DNA of 43,191 bases from Candidatus Sumerlaeia bacterium (GCA_020831705.1 JAFIGB010000067.1:1-43191); one strand, 5' to 3'; counted from the stretch's first letter, positions 8,386-17,686 are shown. Numbers and translations are program-made. The notes: generated from the letters alone by a model not told the origin.

Positions 8386-9702
8386 ATGCCGACATTTGTC
8401 TATAAAGCGAAGGACAAGAAGGGCGCCCCGGTGGAGGGCAGCATGGAGGCCGAAGGGCGTGCCGCCGTGGTGACCCGTCTCCAGCAGATGGGCTACTTTC
8501 CGGTGTCCATCAACCAGGGAGTCAAGCGCGGTGGCAAGGTGGTCTCGGCAGGCACCTCCGGTGGTGCCAAGAAGGGGGGATCCTCTGCAAAGGGAAAGGA
8601 AGCCCCCAAGGCGTCTACAGAAGACAGCGGTCAAAGTTTCACGGAATGGTGGAGTTCCCGGCGGGGAATCACCGCGAGTGACCTGGCCGGATTCAACCGC
8701 CAGTTGGCCGACCTTCTCGGGGCCGGAATCCCTCTGGTCAAGGGGCTGGCGATCCTCAACAAGCAGACCACGAACGAGAAACTTCGTGAGGTGATTTTCT
8801 CCATCCTCGATGATGTCCAGGGGGGTGCCACCTTCGCTGATGCGCTGGCGAAACACCCCAAGGTTTTTTCCAAGCTATACGTGGCGATGGTGCGCTCGGG
8901 TGAAGCGGGCGGCATGCTTGACGATGTCCTTCAGCGGCTTGCGGACTTTTCCGAGCAGGAGGAACAGACCCGCGGCAAGATCAAGTCCGCCCTGGCATAT
9001 CCCGTCGTCATGGTCATTGCCGGATCCATCGCCGTCTTTGTCATGTTCTCCTTCATCATTCCCCGTATTACGGCGACCTTCGAGCAGCTCAACCAGGCGC
9101 TTCCCGCAATCACCCAGTTGCTCATCACCATGAGCGACGCCACCCAGGAATACTGGCTCATCGGGCTGGTGGTCATTGCCGTGGCGATTGTCGTTGTCTG
9201 GCAATTCCTGCAAAGCACCGAGGGGCGATTGATGTGGCACCGTACCCAGTTGTCGCTCCCGCTCATGGGGCCGCTGGTGCAAAAGAGCGAGGTTGCCCGT
9301 TTCGCACGGACGCTTGGCTCCCTGCTGCGCAACGGTGTCTCCATCCTTGTTGCCCTTGAGATCGTCAAGGAAGTGCTCAACAACCAGATCGTCCGCGGTG
9401 AAGTGGAAAAAGTTGTCGAGGAAATCACCCAGGGTTCCGGTGTTGCCGCGCCGCTGAAGAACAGCAAGGTCTTCCCCCCCATTGCGGTCAACATGATCGC
9501 CATTGGCGAGGAAACGGGGCGCCTTCCCGAGGTGCTTCTTCGGGTAAGCGAGTCCTTCGAGGGCCAGGTTGAGCGTTCCGTGCGCACGCTGACCTCGCTC
9601 CTTGAGCCCATCATCATCGTCATCATGGGCGCGGTGGTTGCGTTCATTGTTATTGCGATGCTTCTTCCGATTTTCAGCCTCGACCCCTCGGGAGGAATGT
9701 AA
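8386..9702 (+). CDS. gspF: Inner-membrane platform protein GspF/PilC
   Basis: MPTFVYKA..; RQLADLLGAGIPL; GEAGGML; ALAYP; GEETGRL; LLEP; AMLLPIF. Confidence 0.93.
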   Translation: MPTFVYKAKDKKGAPVEGSMEAEGRAAVVTRLQQMGYFPVSINQGVKRGGKVVSAGTSGGAKKGGSSAKGKEAPKASTEDSGQSFTEWWSSRRGITASDLAGFNRQLADLLGAGIPLVKGLAILNKQTTNEKLREVIFSILDDVQGGATFADALAKHPKVFSKLYVAMVRSGEAGGMLDDVLQRLADFSEQEEQTRGKIKSALAYPVVMVIAGSIAVFVMFSFIIPRITATFEQLNQALPAITQLLITMSDATQEYWLIGLVVIAVAIVVVWQFLQSTEGRLMWHRTQLSLPLMGPLVQKSEVARFARTLGSLLRNGVSILVALEIVKEVLNNQIVRGEVEKVVEEITQGSGVAAPLKNSKVFPPIAVNMIAIGEETGRLPEVLLRVSESFEGQVERSVRTLTSLLEPIIIVIMGAVVAFIVIAMLLPIFSLDPSGGM

Positions 9703-10571
9703 TGGCTCCTTCCCCGTTCCGTCATCGTCGCCGCGGCGTGACCTTCCTTGAGATCATGGTTGTCATCGTGATTTTGGGGATTCTCGCTGCCGTTGCACTC
9801 CCCAACATGATGGGGACACGGTCGCGGGCGGCACTGAGGACGGCGGCAAGGTCGATGACGTCGGCGGGGATTCAGGCGCGCCAGGCAGCCATTGCCTACG
9901 GGAAGGAAACAGAACTCATTATAGACATGGAAAACGGGTCATGGATGATTCTTCTCATGCCGGAGGAGGAGGACGAGCGGGTCAATCGGGGGCGTCGCCG
10001 CGCACCGGTCCGCAGCTCCATGCGCACGGAGCGCGAAATGGCCCCCGGCTATACATCCGAGGAGCAAATCCGCGAGCTTCCGAGCCGGGTCACCTTCGGG
10101 GAAATCACGACGTGGAGCGACAAGGACGATGCCCGCCCCGCGACCAACCGCCGCCGTGGCGTGGTGCGTGCCGACCTGCATCGTCTTACTTTCTATCCAA
10201 ACGGCTCCTCCTCCGGGATGGCCATTGAATTGAAGAATGATCGTGACCGCTCGCTGACGGTGGACTTCGACCGCTCCAGTGGCCGCCCCGAAATTTATGA
10301 GGGACCACCGAAGACGCTGGCGCAGAAGCTCACGGACATGGGTCTCAACCCCGAGGACTACGGAATCTTCGACGAGCGTGACCTTGCCGCGGGCGAAGGA
10401 CGACGACCCGGAGAAGGTTTCACCCGCATCGGATGGAGCGAGGAGGAGCGCATCGGCCATTACGAAAGCGTTGCGGAGCGCCTCATGCGCCGGGCGCAAC
10501 GTCGTCATACCGAGGAAAACGAAGGGGCCGCCTCCGCATATATGGAGGCCCAACGCTGGGGGTCCCGATGA
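9702..10571 (+). CDS. Minor pseudopilin, GspH/FimT-like, with C-terminal extension
   Basis: Class III signal RRRG|VTFLEIMVVIVILGIL; 'ARQAAI'; 'LTFYPNGSSSG' GspH-like motif. Confidence 0.8.
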   Translation: MAPSPFRHRRRGVTFLEIMVVIVILGILAAVALPNMMGTRSRAALRTAARSMTSAGIQARQAAIAYGKETELIIDMENGSWMILLMPEEEDERVNRGRRRAPVRSSMRTEREMAPGYTSEEQIRELPSRVTFGEITTWSDKDDARPATNRRRGVVRADLHRLTFYPNGSSSGMAIELKNDRDRSLTVDFDRSSGRPEIYEGPPKTLAQKLTDMGLNPEDYGIFDERDLAAGEGRRPGEGFTRIGWSEEERIGHYESVAERLMRRAQRRHTEENEGAASAYMEAQRWGSR

Positions 10572-11107
10572 AGCGCACCAATCAGGTTCTTCCCGGGAAG
10601 TACAACAGGGCGGCGTTCATCCTCCTTGAGGTGATGCTGTCCATCATGATTGTCGGTGTGACATTCGTGGCCATCCTTCGTGGGTTTATTGTCGCCTACG
10701 ATACCCTCGGCAAGGTGAGGATGAATGAGACGGCCATTCATCTGGCGACATCCCTGATGGACGATCTCATCCTTGAGCCATTTTCCGTGGGTGATTATCA
10801 GGGTCGCTTCGCCGATGATCCCCGGTTTGGGGATGACTTCGCAGGATGGTACTGGGAAGTGCGCGTGGAAAGTGAAACGCCAAGGTACAACGTGCGGATT
10901 CGTGAACGCCTTCGCAGTGACCTTGAGGAATTGTACTTCGCCCATGTGATCGTGCTGTACGACGCCGATGATGATCCGAGGGGAAGGGCCGTGGGCCGTC
11001 GCCGGGTTCGGGGCTCCTCGCAACAGGTGTATATCAACATCAACACCATCCTTCTGGAACCGGACGTCTTCACCGTCCGTTCGATTGAAAGGAATCAACT
11101 CTTTTGA
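10568..11107 (+). CDS. Minor pseudopilin, GspI-like
   Basis: Start moved to ATG 10568 (ATGA overlap with previous stop); RAA|FILLEVMLSIMIV prepilin motif; 'GRF...FAGWYWEV' typical of GspI-like proteins. Confidence 0.72.
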   Translation: MKRTNQVLPGKYNRAAFILLEVMLSIMIVGVTFVAILRGFIVAYDTLGKVRMNETAIHLATSLMDDLILEPFSVGDYQGRFADDPRFGDDFAGWYWEVRVESETPRYNVRIRERLRSDLEELYFAHVIVLYDADDDPRGRAVGRRRVRGSSQQVYININTILLEPDVFTVRSIERNQLF

Positions 11108-12189
11108 TGCGTCGACTTGCGCCACGCCATGGTCGTGACGGCCTGACAGTCCTCGAGGTACTCGTCGCCCTGACGGTCTTCGGGCTGGTTTCCGTCGTGA
11201 TTTTTACCGTTTTCGCGACGGCGATTCGGAGCCAGGGCGTGACCGAGCGCGAAGCGGAGACACTCCAGCGGGCGCGTGTGGCGATGGACACCTTCAGCCG
11301 CGACCTGAACAATATCTTCTTCCGGGATGAGACGTCCTACAATGTCACCATCTCAAGGTTGCTCGAGGAACAGGAGCGGGAAAGGCTCCGTGCGGAAACC
11401 GAGGGTGACTGGACGAATTTCTCAAATCTATACGGCGATCCCTTCGGCAACGGCACCCGGCGCCGCGACCGCGAGGAGGAACCCTCCGTTGGTGACCCCT
11501 TCCGTCGGGGCCGCCTTATAGACGTCCAGTTCAAGGGGAGCGAAGGCGAGAACTTCGACAGCTTGAGTTTTGCCACCTACGCTCCCCTCGACATGGGGGG
11601 GACATACAGGCCGTGGGGTTTGAGCCGAGTGACGTATCGGGTGGACAACAACATCCTCGTTCGTGTGCAGGAGACGGTGGAATCGGAGCGCACCGACCTG
11701 CTCGGCAACATCATGCTCAAGTCCTACACGCCCGAGGTTTCCCGCCTGGCCGAAGGGGTCCGCGAGTTCAAACTGAGCTACGCTTTTTGGTTCGACAACA
11801 AGTGGTTCGAGATCACCGACTGGGCCTCCGACCGTCGGCAGGTGCGCAATTCCAACTCGCTGATGGCAATGTATGAGGAGGATCGATTCGGCACGCGGGA
11901 TGAGGAGGATCGCGACCTGCGTCCGGGAGACGCGGGCTACAATGAGCGATTGAATTATCTGGATGACCAGGATCTCGACCGCCTTCCCGCCTACGTGCGC
12001 CTCCGGTTGACCCTTGCGGACCCGGAGACGGAGCGCCATGACCGCACCTTCACGCGCATCTTCAGGGTTTTCCCATCCGTGGAAACGTATATACCGAACA
12101 TGGACCTGGATGAGAACGAGCGTGATGCCGAACGCACCGAGCGTATGGACATCTATACGGAAATTTTCCCGGGGGCGCTTGAGGAATGA
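11107..12189 (+). CDS. Minor pseudopilin, GspJ-like
   Basis: TGATG overlap; RDG|LTVLEVLVALTVFG; 'ARVAMDTFSRDL', 'VTYRV', 'LAEGV', 'LPAYVRLRLTL' are GspJ hallmarks. Confidence 0.8.
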   Translation: MRRLAPRHGRDGLTVLEVLVALTVFGLVSVVIFTVFATAIRSQGVTEREAETLQRARVAMDTFSRDLNNIFFRDETSYNVTISRLLEEQERERLRAETEGDWTNFSNLYGDPFGNGTRRRDREEEPSVGDPFRRGRLIDVQFKGSEGENFDSLSFATYAPLDMGGTYRPWGLSRVTYRVDNNILVRVQETVESERTDLLGNIMLKSYTPEVSRLAEGVREFKLSYAFWFDNKWFEITDWASDRRQVRNSNSLMAMYEEDRFGTRDEEDRDLRPGDAGYNERLNYLDDQDLDRLPAYVRLRLTLADPETERHDRTFTRIFRVFPSVETYIPNMDLDENERDAERTERMDIYTEIFPGALEE

Positions 12190-13502
12190 TCAGCATGCCC
12201 GTTTCCCCCCACTCACTTCTTCGCTCCCGGCAACGGGAGAAGCGCGGGGTTGTGCTGGTGCTCGTTCTTTGGATCGCCATCATTCTCGCGCTGATCAGTT
12301 ACTCGGTCTTGTTCCAGGTTGCCGTCGAGGCGTCGGTCACCTCCACGCGGAAGAAGTACCTTGAGGCGGAAGCCCTCGCCCGCGCCGGGGTTGCCAAGGC
12401 CATCGTCGACCTGCGCAACGACATGATTCACGATCATGCCGAGGAGGCGACGGTCTTTGATGCCGAAGGTGATGTCTGGGCGCGGCCCGAGGAGGACAAG
12501 ACCGAGGTTCAGTTGTCCCGCTACAGTGAGGGCTACTTCACCGTCCGGGTGTTCGACGAAAACGGTCTGATCAATCTGAACCGGATCAATGCGGCGAACA
12601 TGGTCGTCCTGCGGCGCCTCATGGAGGAGTTCGGTTATTCCGAGGAGGCCGCCGAGATTGCCGCCGCTGCCGTGGTGGATTGGCGTGACAGCGACTACAT
12701 CCCCGTCCTTCCCAATGCCCCCCACAACGACGAGGGGATTGCGTACGCGATGATTCAGTACGAGGACGAAAACCGGGGGCGTGCACGGGAGGAAAACGTC
12801 GAACCCCTTGTTTTCCGCAATGAAGATTACCTCACCGTGGATGAACTTCTGGAGGTCTACGGAATCACACCGCGTCTCTTTTTCGGTCCCGGTACCCGCG
12901 AGGCGGCCCAGTACGAGGAGTATTTTGGGGAACCCGAGGGTGATTTGTTCCAGATCGACGATGATGCTCCCTACACCTACGACGGGGAAACCTACCTGGG
13001 CCTGCGGGATTACTTCACCGTTCACGGTCGTGGCGTGATCAACATCAACACAGCCCCCTTCCACGTCCTTGCCGCCCTGGGGCGCGCGGTGGACCAGGAT
13101 GGCGAGTCCTTCGCCGATCGCGTGATCAGTAACCGGCGGGGGAACAGGGAGCGTGACATTAACAACGAGAATGCGTATCAGGATGGGACGGTCCTTGCTG
13201 CTGATGTGGAGGTCGCGGCGGTGGTCAATCAGTTGCGGGCGCTGGGCCTGACCGTTGACGTGCGCTCGAACACCTTCCGTATTGTCTCCACCGGCGTGGT
13301 GGGCGATGTGCGTTGCGTGATGGAGGTGCTGGTTTCTAGGGAGTACCGCCAATTGGTGCGCGATGAGACGTTTGAGGCCCGGGACCGGGCTGCGGAGCGT
13401 CGGGCGATGAACTCGGGACGTCTTCAGCGCCGTGAGGACCGCAGTGAGGGCACGATCGTTCGCTACCCTCACGTCAGAATCCTTCAAGTTTACATGCGAT
13501 GA
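12186..13502 (+). CDS. gspK: Minor pseudopilin GspK
   Basis: KRG|VVLVLVLW (no E5, as in GspK); DENGLINLN; DWRDSD; TVDELLEVYGIT; ININTAP. Confidence 0.85.
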   Translation: MISMPVSPHSLLRSRQREKRGVVLVLVLWIAIILALISYSVLFQVAVEASVTSTRKKYLEAEALARAGVAKAIVDLRNDMIHDHAEEATVFDAEGDVWARPEEDKTEVQLSRYSEGYFTVRVFDENGLINLNRINAANMVVLRRLMEEFGYSEEAAEIAAAAVVDWRDSDYIPVLPNAPHNDEGIAYAMIQYEDENRGRAREENVEPLVFRNEDYLTVDELLEVYGITPRLFFGPGTREAAQYEEYFGEPEGDLFQIDDDAPYTYDGETYLGLRDYFTVHGRGVININTAPFHVLAALGRAVDQDGESFADRVISNRRGNRERDINNENAYQDGTVLAADVEVAAVVNQLRALGLTVDVRSNTFRIVSTGVVGDVRCVMEVLVSREYRQLVRDETFEARDRAAERRAMNSGRLQRREDRSEGTIVRYPHVRILQVYMR

Positions 13503-13611
13503 AGGTAGGTACAATCCTTGATTCGATGATTGCGTACCCGGGCGGTGTCACCCACCGTGTTTCCCCGCAGGGTGCCGGTCACCACACCCAAGTGCCGAAG
13601 GAAGTCAATTA

Positions 13612-15339
13612 ATGCCGAAGTTCACCGTAGTCGAGCTTTCCGAGACGGAAGCCAAAGTTTTTCAGGCCTCGCGCGCCCGCAAGGGTGTCATCGTGGTTGA
13701 GGGAGCCCATGTTGTGGACTTCTCGGATCTGGACCGCGAAGAGACCGGCATGATCGAACGAGCCGTCCGACTGCGGGAGTGCTTCCGTAAAAACCGGATT
13801 TCCCAGGGGGAGGGCGGGGTCCTGATCCAGAAGCAGAACTCCATCGCCCGCACGGCGATTCTTCCCTCCGGAAACCCTTCCGAGCTGGAGGAAATGGCCC
13901 GCTTCGAGGCGGAAAAGTTCATCCCCTTCAACGCCGAGCGCCACATTATCAGCCACGGAATTCTCCACCTCGACGAGGTCAATGGAAGCCATGTGCTCCT
14001 GACGGCCGTTGACAGTCCGGTGATGGACCAGTCCCTCGCCATGATCAAGGATTCGCCCATCGACCCCCTGGTGGCGGAAGTCACCTCGGTGGCCCTCGCC
14101 CGTGCTTTCGCCTATTTTCTTCCCGAGAATGAAAAACCGCCGTCCAAGGAAGAGGGGGAAGGATCCGGAAGCCAGGAACCCCATGCCACCATCCTGATGA
14201 ACATCGGCCTTGGCCAGACCGATATGAACATCCTCGATGGCAAGATGCTCATGACATCGCGGTCCCTTGGGGCGGGGATGACAAAGCTCCTCCGCGACCT
14301 CCAGAAGGCAATGCACCTGGAACGGGAGATCACCGTTGCCGATCTGGCCGAACTGGATCTGAACAATCCCGATGATTTTCTCCTCGATGGGGGAACCACC
14401 AGGGAGTCCGACGAGAACATCAGCCAGACCAAGGTTGGCGACAAGGTGCGCCAGTGGCTTGGGCAACTCGTTCGTTTCCTGCGCCAGACCTACGAATACG
14501 CCTCCCGGGAACATGAAATTCCCACCAAGACGCGGATCTACCTTTGTGGTGATGCGACCCGAATCCCCGGTCTTGCCGAAACACTTGGCCCGATGGTTGG
14601 TGTTGAAGTTCACATCTTTAATCCGCTTGAGAAGCTTGAGCGTAACCCCAAGGCCACCATCAACGAGGACTCCCTTGCCGGCATGGTTAATTGCCTTGGC
14701 TGCGCCATTCGTCTCTTTGAGGAGGAGGAGGACTCCAGTGCGGCCATCGACCGTGCAAACCTCCTGCCCACTGAGGTTATCGAGGCCCGTGCCGCCAACG
14801 AGCGAAAAATCCTCCTCGTCCTCTCGGCCGTCATGGTGCTCATCACCGGCGCGGTGATTTATCTCGCGTGGGATGAACGCCTGGCCCATGCCGCCGAGCT
14901 TGAGGTCAGTTACCGGAACCACAACCGGGCCATGGCCCCCCTGGTCGAGCAGATCGAACAAAAGCGCACCCAGCTTGAGATCATTGAATCCATCCGCACG
15001 GGTCGCGCTCCCGCCCTTTATATTCTCGACCAGATCACCACCTTCCCGGGTATCGGCTCCACCCTCGATGGCGGGCGTCTGGTGCTGACCGAGTTCCGCT
15101 ACACTCCCCGCGACGAAGTCATCCTCGCTGGTGACGCCCTCTCGGTGGAGGATATCGGTGCCTTCAGTCGGTTCCTTGAGGACCTGGACTACAATGGAGC
15201 CGCGGTTTTCGACAATGTGGGGATTCCCGCCAATCAGTCGCGGGAACTTTCCCGTGGCCGGGGGAATGTCTGGACCTTTTCCATGACCGCGTCGCTGCAA
15301 ACCAGTGGTGAGGAACCCCGGCGGACGACACGCCGATGA
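13612..15339 (+). CDS. Fused PilM-like (actin fold) + PilN-like protein (GspL-equivalent alignment subunit)
   Basis: PilM-like motifs 'FEAEKFIPF', 'VLLTAV', 'LMNIGLGQT', 'IYLCGDATRIPGL', 'FNPL'; then PilN-type 'ANLLP', one TM, coiled coil and a periplasmic domain. Confidence 0.78.
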   Translation: MPKFTVVELSETEAKVFQASRARKGVIVVEGAHVVDFSDLDREETGMIERAVRLRECFRKNRISQGEGGVLIQKQNSIARTAILPSGNPSELEEMARFEAEKFIPFNAERHIISHGILHLDEVNGSHVLLTAVDSPVMDQSLAMIKDSPIDPLVAEVTSVALARAFAYFLPENEKPPSKEEGEGSGSQEPHATILMNIGLGQTDMNILDGKMLMTSRSLGAGMTKLLRDLQKAMHLEREITVADLAELDLNNPDDFLLDGGTTRESDENISQTKVGDKVRQWLGQLVRFLRQTYEYASREHEIPTKTRIYLCGDATRIPGLAETLGPMVGVEVHIFNPLEKLERNPKATINEDSLAGMVNCLGCAIRLFEEEEDSSAAIDRANLLPTEVIEARAANERKILLVLSAVMVLITGAVIYLAWDERLAHAAELEVSYRNHNRAMAPLVEQIEQKRTQLEIIESIRTGRAPALYILDQITTFPGIGSTLDGGRLVLTEFRYTPRDEVILAGDALSVEDIGAFSRFLEDLDYNGAAVFDNVGIPANQSRELSRGRGNVWTFSMTASLQTSGEEPRRTTRR

Positions 15340-15382
15340 GTAAAATCAGCACGGTTCTTGCAACCAACACCATCAAGAGGAT

Positions 15383-15958
15383 GTGCCACCTACAATGAAT
15401 GCCCGCGAGAAAAAACTGATGTATGCCACCGTTGCCGCCGTCGGGATCTTCGGCGCATGGCAGTTTGGTGCCGCTGATGCCGTGGATGGGGGCGACCTGG
15501 CGGGCTCGGGAATTGCCCTTTTGGAGAAGGAATTCCACGACAACCTCCGGGCCCTTGAGGATATGTATGTTGTCGAACGCGACTTCCGCCTGGTGGCCGT
15601 CCCTCCCGGTGATGGGCGCTCCCAGAATTTCACCCCCGCTCTTGCCTTCCAGCAGGAAGTCTTCGATATCGCCAACTCCCTTGGATTTTCCTTCCCCGAC
15701 CGTCTTGCGGCGGAAATGGAGAATATCGACGGTGTTGATGAATATGTGCTCCTCAGTGTCGCCCTCCGAACCGATGGTTCTTACGAGGATGTTATCAAGC
15801 TGCTCAAGCGCTTTGAACAGGAAGGCATGACCTTCCGCGACCTTGAACTTGTATCCACCCGCGACCGCGACCCCGTTGGAGTCCGTGTCACCGTGGCCCG
15901 GATCACCGAGCGGCCCCAGCGGGCGGCTTCCAACAGGATGATCTCACGCCCGCGATAA
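15383..15958 (+). CDS. PilO/GspM-like inner-membrane alignment protein
   Basis: 'NAREKKL' + single TM; 'LRTDGSYEDVIKLLKRFE' matches the PilO/GspM GxYxxxxxFL pattern; position after PilMN. Confidence 0.65.
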   Translation: MPPTMNAREKKLMYATVAAVGIFGAWQFGAADAVDGGDLAGSGIALLEKEFHDNLRALEDMYVVERDFRLVAVPPGDGRSQNFTPALAFQQEVFDIANSLGFSFPDRLAAEMENIDGVDEYVLLSVALRTDGSYEDVIKLLKRFEQEGMTFRDLELVSTRDRDPVGVRVTVARITERPQRAASNRMISRPR

Positions 15959-15991
15959 CGCACCTCCCCGGCAAAAGGAACCACCAGATCG

Positions 15992-16507
15992 ATGACACCC
16001 AATCGTATCATGCTTATCAACGGAATGCTCTTCCTCGTGGTCGTGGCACTTTCCGTCCTCATCATGACCGAGGAACGCCTCATTCCCGAGGAGCCCCCGA
16101 TCAGTGAGCTCGAGGATGAAGTCACCTACCTGCTCACCAACGCGGAGCGTCAAGTCACCCTTGGCGAGGATCGTTACGGGAACATCGGGAACCGGAATAT
16201 TTTCTCCACGATCAAGCCCCTTCCAACACCGTCTCCCTCCCCGACACCCACTCCCAAGGTGCCCCCCAATATCAACGAGGTAACCGAGTATTGGAAGCTT
16301 GGCGGAATGCTTTCCACCATGGCGATGTTCCAGGACATGCGCACCCGCGAGGATTTCCAGATGCGCCCGGGTGATGTGCGCGAGATTGAATTCCGCCGCG
16401 AGAAAATCCCCGTTGAACTTGAATCGATCGACCGCGCGAACTGGCGGGTCACCATCAAAATGAACTACGAAGGCAATGTCCAGCGCCGGGAAATGAAGAT
16501 GTTCTGA
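15992..16507 (+). CDS. GspC/PilP-like single-TM protein
   Basis: N-terminal TM; 'RNIF' motif, Pro/Thr linker, 'WKLGGM' resembling the GspC-HR/PilP 'LxG' strand; last gene of the operon. Confidence 0.5.
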   Translation: MTPNRIMLINGMLFLVVVALSVLIMTEERLIPEEPPISELEDEVTYLLTNAERQVTLGEDRYGNIGNRNIFSTIKPLPTPSPSPTPTPKVPPNINEVTEYWKLGGMLSTMAMFQDMRTREDFQMRPGDVREIEFRREKIPVELESIDRANWRVTIKMNYEGNVQRREMKMF

Positions 16508-16631
16508 TCATGTCTCTTGCAGGGCAGGGCGCATGCCCTGGGCTGATCATGAATCCACACGGAAACGTTTTTGGTGTTTCTTTGTCGGTTCTCTTTTTGT
16601 CTATATTGCAAGTTCAACCAGACGAGTCGGA

Positions 16632-16803
16632 TGCTCCTGGTGTCTATACAGGTCAGCTGTCCGATGGGTACACCTGCCCGCCGTTTCCTCTGAACCTTGA
16701 TCGGGGTTCCGAGGTACCGGCTACTCCTTATTGCGATTCAATCAGGCATGCCTTCCCGGTGAGGGAGCAAAGCAGGATGCCTCGCGACACGTGATGAGGA
16801 GCA
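16632..16803. ncRNA. Candidate structured non-coding RNA (multi-stem, ~172 nt), family not recognised
   Basis: Closing stem TGCTCCT/AGGAGCA and GTGTC/GACAC plus three internal hairpins, in a 388-nt gap between convergent genes; TATATT upstream and a terminator hairpin immediately downstream on the + strand. Confidence 0.4.
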
Positions 16804-16813
16804 CAAATAGAAT

Positions 16814-16860
16814 GAAGCCGGATGAAGGTGTTTCTCCATCCGGCTTCGGTTTGATGTTTT
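16814..16860. terminator. Intrinsic terminator, probably bidirectional
   Basis: 11-bp stem GAAGCCGGATG (16814-16824) / CATCCGGCTTC (16837-16847), T-rich tails on both strands, between convergent transcription units. Confidence 0.75.
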
Positions 16861-16895
16861 GTTGTTGGCTGCTGCGGTGCTTCAGGTGTGGACGG

Positions 16896-17321
16896 TCACC
16901 GTCGGGTCCAGTTGGCAATGTCGTCCTCGGTATTGTCCTGCCGGTCCGCACCCTTGGACCAAAGGTCGAAGCCCCGGCGGTTGTTGTCGCCCGGTGCCTT
17001 GTAGAGGAAATCCTCGCCCCAGGAATCGGTGGGAATGACGTCGGCCTCGATGTAGGGTCCGTCCCAGCTGCGTTCAAGGTCGTTGGGTTCGTCGATGAGA
17101 TCCTGAAGGGTGCGCGGGAAGGTCCCGTTGTCCATTTCGAAGTTACGAATGGCGGTTTCAAGATTGCGCAGCTGCGCTCTGGTTGTTTGTTCACGGGCAC
17201 GCTCGGTACGTCCGACAAGTCGTGGTCCGACCAGGGCGAGAAGGATCCCGATGATCACCACGACGAACATGATTTCCAGGAAGGTAAAGCCTCTGCGGCG
17301 GTCCTTTCGGCGTAAGGTCAT
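16896..17321 (-). CDS. gspG: Type II secretion major pseudopilin GspG
   Basis: ATG 17321 after GGAGG; RRRG|FTFLEIMFVVVIIGILLALVGPRL; 'FEMDNGTFP', 'WDGPYI', 'PTDSWG', 'DLWSKGAD', 'DDIANW'. Confidence 0.92.
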   Translation of the reverse strand: MTLRRKDRRRGFTFLEIMFVVVIIGILLALVGPRLVGRTERAREQTTRAQLRNLETAIRNFEMDNGTFPRTLQDLIDEPNDLERSWDGPYIEADVIPTDSWGEDFLYKAPGDNNRRGFDLWSKGADRQDNTEDDIANWTRR

Positions 17322-17407
17322 CGTGTTTATTGCCTCCATAGAATGGGTGGTTTTGAGTTTAAATTAGGCTCACAGGGTTAACCCCTGGTGCCCAAGGGGC
17401 GAAATCA

Positions 17408-17686
17408 TCAACCCCCGGGAGGGTTGGAGTCCATGCTTTTTGAGTCATCAAGGGCGACTTCCCGCTCATTGGCGGTTTCCGTGGCGGCGGCTTGCTGGTT
17501 TTCCGAAGCAGGTCGGTCCGGTCCCCGCAACTCAATGGTGAGGTACCCGTTGTAGGCGGACGGGGGGTTCAGTGACGGCTGAAGGGTCATCACCACAAGC
17601 ATGATGGCAGCAGCTCCCAGAAGGACGCCACACGCCGCATTGAGTCGGTCAAGTAACCGTGAATCCACGTTAATGTTGAAGGTCAT
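17408..17686 (-). CDS. Small single-TM hypothetical protein upstream of gspG
   Basis: 92-aa ORF, purine-rich RBS region, one hydrophobic segment, co-oriented with gspG and filling the gap. Confidence 0.5.
   Translation of the reverse strand: MTFNINVDSRLLDRLNAACGVLLGAAAIMLVVMTLQPSLNPPSAYNGYLTIELRGPDRPASENQQAAATETANEREVALDDSKSMDSNPPGG

Noticed and set aside
16510-16794. 94-aa ORF in the gap between convergent secretion genes
   Set aside because: No recognisable motif or clear RBS; the region is better explained by RNA structure, although a small protein is not excluded.
16632-16803. Lysine/cobalamin riboswitch, hammerhead, SRP or RNase P identity for the structured region
   Set aside because: Conserved core motifs are not present, and no gene start lies downstream on either strand.
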